64,000 nucleotides of DNA from NCBI GenBank assembly GCA_963663475.2, contig CAXXJV010000001.1, positions 2,336,001 to 2,400,000 of the forward strand, read 5' to 3'. This DNA comes from Candidatus Cloacimonadales bacterium (GTDB taxonomy: Bacteria > Cloacimonadota > Cloacimonadia > Cloacimonadales > JAFGVF01). This document shows, one piece after another, positions 20,501 to 28,129 of this stretch; positions within the stretch are counted from its first letter, which is position 1, and each line of letters opens with the position of its first letter. Both the position numbers and the translations under genes were made by a program. Under the pieces are notes generated by a model that was not told the origin of the DNA, made no database searches, and saw only the letters and a list, made by a program, of their open reading frames with translations.

Positions 20501-21416
20501 GATGATTACCTATAACTATGTTTCTCGTGGCATTTACACCCATGATGACCAAGGTTATAAATTAGTAGATAGAGTTGCAGGTATGGAAGCTTTCTTCCTT
20601 TATAGTGCTTTAGGAGAATTTAATTATGTAACTTTAACATATACTCCTTATAGACATCATTGGCAATTAGATGAAATTCCTACTAATTGGACTGCTAAAA
20701 TCATTGCAGAAGCTAATGAAGACAAAGATAATTTTGTTATTGGTTTCTCAGATTATGCAAGTGATTATCTAGATCCTAATTTAGATTTCCCAAAAGCACC
20801 AAACAAACCATATGATGGTGTTGATATCTATACTAATTATCAAGATGATCTTGAAGTTTACGGACAACAAGATATTAAAGCTCCTCTTGCTCCAGAAGAG
20901 ATAAAAGATTGGACTTTTATTGTTAATGCAAGAAGTCTTGAACCTATTACATTGACTTTTGCATCAGATAATTTCCCTCAAACATCTCTTTATAGTGCTC
21001 TTGAATTCAATGGTAATATTTATTACTTTGATTTAGACCATGATTATGAATTCACTCCTACTGAAATAGGAGAACATCAATTTACACTCAAAATAGCTGA
21101 TAACCCACTAGATAATCAAAATGGAGATGTTAATCCTATTGCCTCTATCTTCAATGTTTATCCAAACCCATTTAATCCTGAAACTACAGTATCTTTTGAT
21201 CTTAAAAAGGAAGGAAAGGTTCAACTTTCTGTCTATAACTTAAGAGGTCAAAAAGTTAAAAGTCTTTGCAATGACGTATTAAGTGCAGGAAGACAAACTT
21301 TTGTATGGAATGGTAAAAATGCTGAAGGTAAACAAACTGCTTCAGGTATTTACTTTATGAAACTTGATAGACAAGGTGAAAAATCTAGGATAAGAAAAGT
21401 AATGTTAATGAAATAA
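17514..21416 (+). CDS. Large secreted multidomain protein: uncharacterised N-terminal domain, fibronectin type III domains, C-terminal FlgD-Ig/T9SS-like tail
   Basis: Signal peptide, FN3 motif (WDP...GLTPDTDYYFQIRAKD..GN), GWNLLGNPY, YPNPFNP...YNLRGQ...SGIYF. Confidence 0.75.
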   Translation: MKKLIFTFFVLTCIFSMNALVIETGSLREFLYGQEPTLEYDNYVSHVSEGIASPNYNYYAPFDPQTNGFGDFIIPNTGQLDAWAQISQSFIDQDWQGAQDLLDFYGFPYNVVQFNDTDYDRTYYMLREVLNSDTDNNIDTDTDDDVVGSFDYGWGLYIFNPDAANPIIVTVPHPTDDYPTIVLGYHTFVKWDSAFLMVSGAGREVKWTNVPPYWNSKSISDPTRNLDHPYNESYHVFADYIRDNYGRLEFSAQMHSYDWNDRHTGYPNTQISAGSSRGNVNLPTFDQSNNGQDLLHWSDEIIFPANTFGIHRQVDRNEYYGIHNTVHELYYDNNPETPINTYIDLPGYSQNRQMQYTLSGTTDYDVVDPFFHIEIDELPEVYDQTEANYWWFYGYDPTTAKFVPENIYLMTENFYTYWIDIIAENIDTFIGIDNDSPAPAMPENFAMVAGNYSDILLSWDPVSDHNFQSYEILYSTEPITGLNYQVFDRSNNNSLADQKTTQVNVTGLTPDTDYYFQIRAKDYSGNYSETHEEITAYTTPVKFLSLEAKADDPYIQIEWKTMYESNLSIFKVMRRNLGSEDWEIVSENILANNSANLNTYTWYDESAEYGNYYEYKLQVYNQAGSTYQYDLVVSAHFSDFLTLVASNNDGTVSDQVIFGVNEDASDSYESKYDQTTSTSGTGTYVLAAFYEQYYQSAQRYLEKNIYGNIDLEEDYKTYTFQVKSSLYNQQLKITLEDFAQDRFSRKVWLKESNNNYVDLTQEPLYFTVSNSSFKTFTLYYGNINPTLVMSSAPAEKIHHPNDIINFQWSYQNNEMLDHYRLDLISATDSVNIEDNVSADTYFFPWLVPYETSIEDAKFVITAFANDGEVRRFESSWNMGVLPTELTYDFDAGWQLVSHVWEADAPSASEIFGPGTSLVEYMPSQVYEPTLFYSQGNGYWANLPEAYQTTNSGDINNEEVTVEIHQGWNLLGNPYPSEIDLSSLIFNVDGSDYTLGEMITYNYVSRGIYTHDDQGYKLVDRVAGMEAFFLYSALGEFNYVTLTYTPYRHHWQLDEIPTNWTAKIIAEANEDKDNFVIGFSDYASDYLDPNLDFPKAPNKPYDGVDIYTNYQDDLEVYGQQDIKAPLAPEEIKDWTFIVNARSLEPITLTFASDNFPQTSLYSALEFNGNIYYFDLDHDYEFTPTEIGEHQFTLKIADNPLDNQNGDVNPIASIFNVYPNPFNPETTVSFDLKKEGKVQLSVYNLRGQKVKSLCNDVLSAGRQTFVWNGKNAEGKQTASGIYFMKLDRQGEKSRIRKVMLMK

Positions 21417-21440
21417 TTAACATAAATATAAATATAAGTA

Positions 21441-21467
21441 TAACCCCTCTAATTAGAGGGGTTTTTT
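21441..21467 (+). terminator. Intrinsic terminator
   Basis: AACCCCTCT-AATT-AGAGGGGTT followed by a T-run, about 25 nt after the stop. Confidence 0.85.
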
Positions 21468-21588
21468 GGTTTAAGTTTAACCCAAATAGAGCTGTAGACT
21501 TTTGTGAATAGTCCTATATTCTTTTAGGAAATTATTAAAGTATAATTTTGAAATAAAAACCATCTTCTTTCTTATTCCATCCTTATTC

Positions 21589-21645
21589 CTTCCTTTACAC
21601 TCTTTCGATGAAAAGCGGACTTTCATCGAAAGAGTGTAAAGGAAG
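21589..21645. repeat. Perfect inverted repeat, 25-bp arms and 7-nt loop
   Basis: CTTCCTTTACACTCTTTCGATGAAA-agcggac-TTTCATCGAAAGAGTGTAAAGGAAG. Confidence 0.9.
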
Positions 21646-21909
21646 CTACAAGGATGAATATAAGTTAAATGCATGTTTCTATAACCCTGATTTATGTAAT
21701 TGAACTTTGGGAAATAATAGAGATTCACCAAAAAATCGGTTCTCTCCAAAGAAGACTAGACTTCCTCAATAGTACATTTTAATCCAAATAATGCATTATT
21801 GAGGTTAAACCACAATTTCAATGAAACATTCTGATTTACTTGAGTATTTTTTGTCAAGTACCAATATAGTGGACACCTTTTTTATGTATCCTGAGGGGAT
21901 AAGTCTTGA

Positions 21910-21998
21910 ATCCCCAAAAGGGGATAAATAGTTTAGCCCAGGGTAAATTCCTGAAGGGAATGCAACCCTGGGTACTGGTGATGAAAAACAAAGCCTAA
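21910..21998 (+). repeat. REP-like element copy 1, left part (interrupted by IS21; continues at 24368-24390)
   Basis: ATCCCCAAAAGGGGAT-AAATAGTTTAGCCCAGGGT...GCAACCCTGGGTA, continuing after the IS as CCCTGAAAGGGTTAAATA. Confidence 0.75.
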
Positions 21999-22068
21999 TG
22001 TCAATAGCAGTTTAAATTGGTACAGTTTTGGCAGTTTAAAATGGTACACTATTGTAAATCATATTTCC

Positions 22069-22797
22069 TTATAGTTTTCCTTTCATTCTATAACTATTTC
22101 CATCTATTAGAACTGTTTCTGCATGATGAACTAATCTATCTACTATAGCAGTAGTTATTACATTATCTCCAAAGGATTCTCCCCACTCTTGGAATAGCCT
22201 ATTAGAGGTAATGATAATAGACCTATATTCATATAACTCATTTATTAGCTTAAAAAATAAACTCGCATTTACTGCCTTAATAGGAAGATAGCCTATCTCA
22301 TCAATAATAATAAGATCATTTTTTACTAACTTTGAAATCCATTTTTTGAAGTTATTTTCTACATTAGCAATAATCATTTCATCAATTAGGTCATTCATAT
22401 TGTAAAAAATAACTTTATATCCTTTTAAGATAGCTTCATATCCTAAAGCTATAGATATATGAGTTTTACCTACACCAGGAGGACCCATTAATATTTTGTT
22501 TTCTCTGTTATCTATCCAAGTAAAGTCCTTCCACTCAGTAATCATTCTTTTAGTTATTGAATGCTGATATTTAAAATCAAAATCATCAAAACTTTTCAAA
22601 AGAGGAAATTTTGACCTTCTAATCTGTAAATTTATCATCGTTTGATTTCTACTATTGCATTCATTATCAATTACATATGAAAGAAAATTCATATAAGATA
22701 AATGATTATCTTGTGCATATTTAAGATATGATTCTAAATTATTAATAGTATGCCTGCATCTTAGTCTAAATAGATTTTTCTTTAATGTTTCGATCAT
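22069..22797 (-). CDS. istB: IS21 helper AAA+ ATPase
   Basis: GPPGVGKT, IIDEIGY, ITSN, AIVDRLVHH, GNSYR. Confidence 0.95.
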   Translation of the reverse strand: MIETLKKNLFRLRCRHTINNLESYLKYAQDNHLSYMNFLSYVIDNECNSRNQTMINLQIRRSKFPLLKSFDDFDFKYQHSITKRMITEWKDFTWIDNRENKILMGPPGVGKTHISIALGYEAILKGYKVIFYNMNDLIDEMIIANVENNFKKWISKLVKNDLIIIDEIGYLPIKAVNASLFFKLINELYEYRSIIITSNRLFQEWGESFGDNVITTAIVDRLVHHAETVLIDGNSYRMKGKL

Positions 22798-24278
22798 TTT
22801 TTTACCACCTTATTATAAATTGATAAATCTCTCTGTATAACTGATTTTTTTGTTTCTATTATCCCATTGACTTGATTTTGATAGTTAGCAGATAACTTAT
22901 TGCCTTTTATCTCTTCTTTGACTATAGACTCTATCTTTGTTGCTTTTATATCTTCTAATTCTAGTGCTTTAGAAATTATGTTTGACCAATTTAAGTATTT
23001 ATTTTTATTATACATTTTTAAAAATGCTAATAGTTGCTCTCTGGGATTTCTGTGATTATGTGCTATGAGTAAATTTAATAAAAGGATTATCTTGTCATTA
23101 TTGGGGAATAGTGAGCAAATATCTTCCTTTATATTATTAATTGTTTTCGAGTAGTCTATGTAATGACATTGAGATATGATAGGTTTTGTTCTTTCTCTGG
23201 AAATCCTATGAGATGCAACTTTTTTTCTACTATTCCTATCTATTATTTCTAAAGTGTCTTCATTTTCTTTAACTATAACTATCTTTTGTTGATAGATATA
23301 AGGAACTGAATATTTGTTACCATTCCATGAGATAAGACCTGTTTTATCTACTTTTCGTGTCTCTGCAATATTTAGGTTATATCTTCTTAATAGTTTTTCT
23401 TCTTCTTTAAACATTACTATAGGTCTTTCTCTAAGCGTACTGTGGATACGATTATTTACTTCTTCTAACCAGCTTTTTGATTTCAACTTAACTTCAGATA
23501 AACTAGTAAATACTTCACCATCAAGAAAATCATACTTAACTTCTTGAACTTGTCTTTCTACCAACCCTTTACTTTCAGGATCATAACCTTCACAAACATA
23601 AGGACTTATTGTTAGATTATTCATAAATTGAAAAAACTTATTATTATAAGTTACTTCTCGATAAATCTCCTTTATAACGACTAGTTTTGTTTGATCATAA
23701 ACCATTGTCTCTGGGATATATCCAAAATATTCAAAGCAATCTTTATGGGCTTGGATGAAGTCTTGAGTCTTATAAGGTCTTGTTTGAAAATGTACATATT
23801 TCATTCGTGAATAGCAATAGCTAAACACACAAAAGTATATTTTTAACTTGCTCTTATCAGATAAATAGATATTATACTCTCCGGGATCAACCTGCATCTG
23901 ATTTCCTGGTTCATAATTGACAACTCGATAATAACGCTTAGTTGGTTGTATTAAATTATTTTTTATTTTTTTTGAAAAATTAAAAAAAGCTCTTTGTTTT
24001 ACAGGTAATTTTCCATGCTGTTTGGATAATTTACGATATAATTTACTTAATCGCATATTAGGAAATTTTGTTAAATGTTTGCTAATTTCTTCCCTGTAAA
24101 TTTCGAGCTTACTTGTTCGATTGACTTTCATTAAAGTTTTTTCTACGGTTTCAATGTCTTTTTGTAAGTAACCCATAACTGTTGTTTTAGAGATACTTAA
24201 CTGTTCTGCTATTTCTCTTATACTCTTGCCATTTTCTCTTAATACTCTTATTGCGTGATACACTTGGACTCCTTTCAT
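22794..24278 (-). CDS. istA: IS21 DDE transposase
   Basis: N-terminal HTH, PGNQMQVD, YDQTK, SKGLVER; ATGA overlap with istB. Confidence 0.95.
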   Translation of the reverse strand: MKGVQVYHAIRVLRENGKSIREIAEQLSISKTTVMGYLQKDIETVEKTLMKVNRTSKLEIYREEISKHLTKFPNMRLSKLYRKLSKQHGKLPVKQRAFFNFSKKIKNNLIQPTKRYYRVVNYEPGNQMQVDPGEYNIYLSDKSKLKIYFCVFSYCYSRMKYVHFQTRPYKTQDFIQAHKDCFEYFGYIPETMVYDQTKLVVIKEIYREVTYNNKFFQFMNNLTISPYVCEGYDPESKGLVERQVQEVKYDFLDGEVFTSLSEVKLKSKSWLEEVNNRIHSTLRERPIVMFKEEEKLLRRYNLNIAETRKVDKTGLISWNGNKYSVPYIYQQKIVIVKENEDTLEIIDRNSRKKVASHRISRERTKPIISQCHYIDYSKTINNIKEDICSLFPNNDKIILLLNLLIAHNHRNPREQLLAFLKMYNKNKYLNWSNIISKALELEDIKATKIESIVKEEIKGNKLSANYQNQVNGIIETKKSVIQRDLSIYNKVVKK

Positions 24279-24446
24279 ATTGTCTCCTAGATTTCTCTAT
24301 TTTTTTATCTAGGAAACTGTACCAGATTAAACTGCCATTTGTGTACCAATTTAAAATGCCATCTACACCTAACCCTGAAAGGGTTAAATAACATCATATA
24401 TACCATAGACTTATTATAATCCCAAATAATGCATTATTTATCATTT

Positions 24447-24553
24447 TATTAAACCCTTACAGGGTAATATCTTTGGGCTAGCCATCTTTACCCAGGGTTG
24501 CGATACTTTCAGCATCTTACCCTGGGCTAAATTATTTTATCCCTTTCAGGGAT
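24447..24553 (-). repeat. REP-like element copy 2, inverted relative to copy 1
   Basis: Reverse complement reads ATCCCTGAAAGGGAT-AAAATAATTTAGCCCAGGGTAAG...GCAACCCTGGGTA...CCCTGTAAGGGTTTAATA. Confidence 0.8.
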
Positions 24554-24795
24554 TTTTGATGAATCAATATTTAATAAAATATTCTCATTTTCCTATATTA
24601 TTCCCACACCAGACTTGAACTTGAGCCTAATAAACACAAATTAACACTAATAATCAATATCTTAAAATCCTTAACACAGAGTTTTTAAGAAAAGGGAAGG
24701 AAGAAGGAAGAAAATTGCCACCGAAAACACTGTGAAAACACCGATATTAATGTCTCTCTCTTTGAGTAAAAGCTCTTTCATTTTTCACTTTTAGC

Positions 24796-24880
24796 GAAAG
24801 GGGAATGTTTACTCTCCCCGCCTTACGGCACCCCTCTCATACCGCTCTTTCGAGCTGAAAGGGGAATGTTTACTCTCCCC
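24796..24880. repeat. Two identical 24-bp direct repeats, 61-bp period
   Basis: GAAAGGGGAATGTTTACTCTCCCC at 24796-24819 and 24857-24880. Confidence 0.85.
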
Positions 24881-24917
24881 TATTTTAGTCATGCCACAAA
24901 TAGCTTAGTATAATTTA

Positions 24918-24980
24918 ACCCAGGGTTACGATACTTTCTGCATCTTACTCTGGGCTAAACTATTTAATCCTTACAGGGAT
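24918..24980 (-). repeat. REP-like element copy 3 (partial)
   Basis: Reverse complement reads ATCCCTGTAAGGATTAAATAGTTTAGCCCAGAGTAAG...GTAACCCTGGGT. Confidence 0.75.
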
Positions 24981-25079
24981 ATTTGATAATAAGTCACACT
25001 ATTAATGAAATATTCGGATTTACTTAAGTTTTTCACCAAACTTGAACTTGATCCTTAATTATTAGAAACTTGCCCAAAT

Positions 25080-26147
25080 TTAGATATATTTTTTAAGGAT
25101 ATGTGCTCCAGTAATTAAGTCTTCTTGAGGCAAGGCATAAGAAATTCTTATCCAATTTGCTAACCTCGGAGAGAAGGCTATCCCAGGAATAACAATTACT
25201 TTGTATTCTAACATTTTTTTAGCAAATTCGTAACCATCTTTAAGAATATTAATAAAAATATAGGGAGCAGCATCTGATTTAATTGGAGATAAATTTGACA
25301 TAATATCATGAAAGTTGCGATAGTTTAGTCGTAATTTAGCCCTCAGCTCTCTTTGATAGAGGTCTGCTTCTTGGGTAAAAGCATATTCGCATAAACGTTG
25401 ACTGAGATAATTTGCACAAGTAGTAAGATATTGGTGAGTTACACTTATCTCTTGAGCAATTTCAAGTGGAGCTTTAACCCAGCCAATCCTCCAACCAGTC
25501 ATACAGTGAGATTTCGATAATCCCGAAACTATAATGGATTTATCATAGATTTCATGAGCAGATGGGGCTTGCTTTTCCAAATAGAGGCTTGAATAAATTT
25601 CATCTGAAATTAGGTATAAATCATGAATTCTACATGAGTTTGCAATAACATTAAGCTCATTTTCACTTAAAGAAGTTGAGCTAGGATTTCCAGGACTATT
25701 TATCAAAATGGCTTTTGTTTTAGGACTTATCTGTGAAAACAAAGAATCTTTATCTAAGGAAAAATTATGTCTTTCATCTAACTTATAATATTTAGCAACT
25801 CCTCCAAGCATTTTAACAATAGATTGATAAGCAGAGAATCCAGGATCAGGGAGAATAATCTCATCTCCTGGATTAAGAATTGTTTTTAGACTAGCATAGA
25901 GAGCTTCTTGCGCTCCATTAGTTAATACAACCTGCTGGTAATTGGCTCCAGAGTATTGATTAGCAACGGCTATGCGAGAGTTCTTTAAGCCTGCATTAGG
26001 TGTATAACGCAAGTTTTCATTGAACAAAATTTTTACTGCTTCACTATGTAAGTATTCTGGCATAGGAAATTGTAGCTCACCTAAACCTAGATTTATAGAA
26101 TCAGGTGGAGCTGAATCAAATATTTGCCTTATTATAGACTTTTCCAT
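25080..26147 (-). CDS. Class I/II PLP aminotransferase, possibly DapC-like
   Basis: INLGLGE, INSPGNP, SDEIY, GLSKSHCMTGWRIG, IRISY; directly downstream of dapD. Confidence 0.85.
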   Translation of the reverse strand: MEKSIIRQIFDSAPPDSINLGLGELQFPMPEYLHSEAVKILFNENLRYTPNAGLKNSRIAVANQYSGANYQQVVLTNGAQEALYASLKTILNPGDEIILPDPGFSAYQSIVKMLGGVAKYYKLDERHNFSLDKDSLFSQISPKTKAILINSPGNPSSTSLSENELNVIANSCRIHDLYLISDEIYSSLYLEKQAPSAHEIYDKSIIVSGLSKSHCMTGWRIGWVKAPLEIAQEISVTHQYLTTCANYLSQRLCEYAFTQEADLYQRELRAKLRLNYRNFHDIMSNLSPIKSDAAPYIFINILKDGYEFAKKMLEYKVIVIPGIAFSPRLANWIRISYALPQEDLITGAHILKKYI

Positions 26148-26157
26148 TGATAATACC

Positions 26158-26964
26158 TTATCTTAAAAGTTTTTCTAATTCTACTGATGCAGATGACTTA
26201 GCATCACGGTATTTCACAATAATTGGACAGTATAAGTGAAAGTTTGGGTTTGATTTAAGTGGTCTACTACCAGGTACTACAACTGCATTTTCTGGTATGC
26301 AAGGAGACTTCTCAAAATCTAAATACTTATCATTTACTGCATCGAAAACAGGAGTAGCTTTGGTGATTATTGTTCCTGGTGCTAAAATAGCATTCTTTTG
26401 AATAATTACACCTTCATATAATCCACTATTACCGCCTATGAAGGCATTATCTTCAATTATAACTGGTTGGGCATTTATTGGCTCTAAAACTCCTCCAACC
26501 ATAGCACCAGCAGAAAGATGAACCCCTTTGCCGATTTGAGCACATGAACCTACTAGAGCATGAGAATCTACCATTGTTCCTGTATCGACATAAGCACCTA
26601 CATTTATATAAGCTGGAGGCATAATTGTTACGCCTTTGGCTACATAAGCGCCAGATCTAATCGATGAACCACCAGGTACTATCCTAATACCTGACTTTGC
26701 TGTTATACTTTTTTCTGGATAAGTGTTTTTATCTGTGAAGTTTTTATTCTGCGAATATGGCATATCGATTATCTCACCAAGCCTAAAGCCTAATAATATA
26801 CCCTTCTTTACCCATTCATTAACTATCCATTTTCCATCTACTTGCTGTGCAGATCGTATTTCTCCTGTGTTCAAGAGATTGATAAATTGATTAAAAATCT
26901 CTATTGCTTGAATTTTATTAAAGTCTTTGTCTTCATAGATTGCTAATATTTTTTCTTTAATCAT
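26158..26964 (-). CDS. dapD: Tetrahydrodipicolinate N-succinyltransferase
   Basis: NEWVKKGILLGF, RIVPGG, VNxGAYVD-type hexapeptide repeats, VGSCAQIG, GGVLEP. Confidence 0.93.
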   Translation of the reverse strand: MIKEKILAIYEDKDFNKIQAIEIFNQFINLLNTGEIRSAQQVDGKWIVNEWVKKGILLGFRLGEIIDMPYSQNKNFTDKNTYPEKSITAKSGIRIVPGGSSIRSGAYVAKGVTIMPPAYINVGAYVDTGTMVDSHALVGSCAQIGKGVHLSAGAMVGGVLEPINAQPVIIEDNAFIGGNSGLYEGVIIQKNAILAPGTIITKATPVFDAVNDKYLDFEKSPCIPENAVVVPGSRPLKSNPNFHLYCPIIVKYRDAKSSASVELEKLLR

Positions 26965-26965
26965 T

Positions 26966-28129
26966 TTACAGGTCCTTTAAAGCATTTTCAAGATTATCCA
27001 TTGCTTGCACAAGAATAGAACGAGGACAAGCAAAGTTTAATCTCATGAAACCAGATCCTCTTTGACCAAATGAGACACCAGCATTTAAGGCTAATTTCGC
27101 TTTGTTCTTACAGAAGTCAGCTAATTGTTCATCGGTTAATTCTAATTCTCTAAAATCTAACCAAGCTAGATAAGTTGCTTGTGATTTATTCATTTTTACT
27201 TTAGGCATTTTAGCAATTCTCTCGAAGAGATAATCACGATTATTCTTAAGATATACTAAGAGTTCTTTTAGCCAATCTTCCCCATCTTCATATGCAGATT
27301 TAAAGGCAACTGTTCCTAGAGCATTTGAACCATATACATGAATATCAAAAAGATAGGTCCTAATTCTATCAAATAAGTCACTATTAGGAGCGATAATAAC
27401 AGAAGCTTGCAGACCAGCGATATTATACGTTTTAGCAGGAGACATCATAGTAATAGTGAAATCAGAAAAATCTTCAAGAGAAGCTATAGGAATATGTTTC
27501 GCACCAGGATAAACTAAATCATTATGAATTTCATCCGAGAATATTAAAACATTATGTTTCTTGCACAGATTTCCAATTTTGCTAAGTTCTTCTTTTGTCC
27601 AAACTCGGCCAACTGGGTTATGAGGAGAACAGAAGATAAATATCTTACTCTCGGCTAGCTTTGCTTCCAAATCAGCATAATCAATGGTATAATGACCATC
27701 AGATTCAATTAGATTATTAACTAGCAAGGATCTCTTGTGGGCCAGAACTGCTTGTCCAAATGGAGCATAAACAGGTTCTTGGATAGTTATCTTATCTCCA
27801 GGTTTGCTGAATATCTTGACCATAAAATTTATTGCAGGAACTATTCCAGGAGACATTTGCAACCATTCTGTTTTTAACTTCCAGTTATGGCCTTTTTCAA
27901 TATAATTTATAAATCCTTCGAAATGATTTGCTTGTTTAAAATTATAACCAAAAATTGGATGTTCCATTCTCTTACTAATCTTAGCAAGAATTTCAGGCGC
28001 TACTGCAAAATCCATGTCAGCTACCCATAATGCTAAGAGGTCATCACGTCCATAAACAGCAGACATAGCATCATATTTAAAACATCCAGATCCTTTTCTA
28101 TTATATATTTCATCAAAGTTATACTTCAT
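26966..28129 (-). CDS. MalY/PatB-family cystathionine beta-lyase
   Basis: LWVADMDF, CSPHNPVGRVW, SDEIH, SPAKTYNIAGL, MRLNFACP. Confidence 0.92.
   Translation of the reverse strand: MKYNFDEIYNRKGSGCFKYDAMSAVYGRDDLLALWVADMDFAVAPEILAKISKRMEHPIFGYNFKQANHFEGFINYIEKGHNWKLKTEWLQMSPGIVPAINFMVKIFSKPGDKITIQEPVYAPFGQAVLAHKRSLLVNNLIESDGHYTIDYADLEAKLAESKIFIFCSPHNPVGRVWTKEELSKIGNLCKKHNVLIFSDEIHNDLVYPGAKHIPIASLEDFSDFTITMMSPAKTYNIAGLQASVIIAPNSDLFDRIRTYLFDIHVYGSNALGTVAFKSAYEDGEDWLKELLVYLKNNRDYLFERIAKMPKVKMNKSQATYLAWLDFRELELTDEQLADFCKNKAKLALNAGVSFGQRGSGFMRLNFACPRSILVQAMDNLENALKDL

Larger units (their letters stand above)
21999..24367 (-). mobile_element. Intact IS21-family insertion sequence, 2369 bp, with 5-bp target duplication CCTAA
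   Basis: TG...CA ends. Left end TGTCAATAGCAGTTTAAATTGGTACA matches right end (reverse complement) TGTAGATGGCATTTTAAATTGGTACA, each with a second internal GGCAGTTTAA..TGGTACA repeat. CCTAA at 21994-21998 and 24368-24372. Confidence 0.95.

Noticed and set aside
21477-21749. 90-aa ORF on the minus strand
   Set aside because: TTG start, no recognisable motifs, and it runs across the long palindrome; probably spurious.
24796-24880. Possible mini-CRISPR (24-bp repeats, 37-bp spacer)
   Set aside because: Only two repeats, no cas genes, the spacer itself contains hairpins, and it sits among REP-like repeats.
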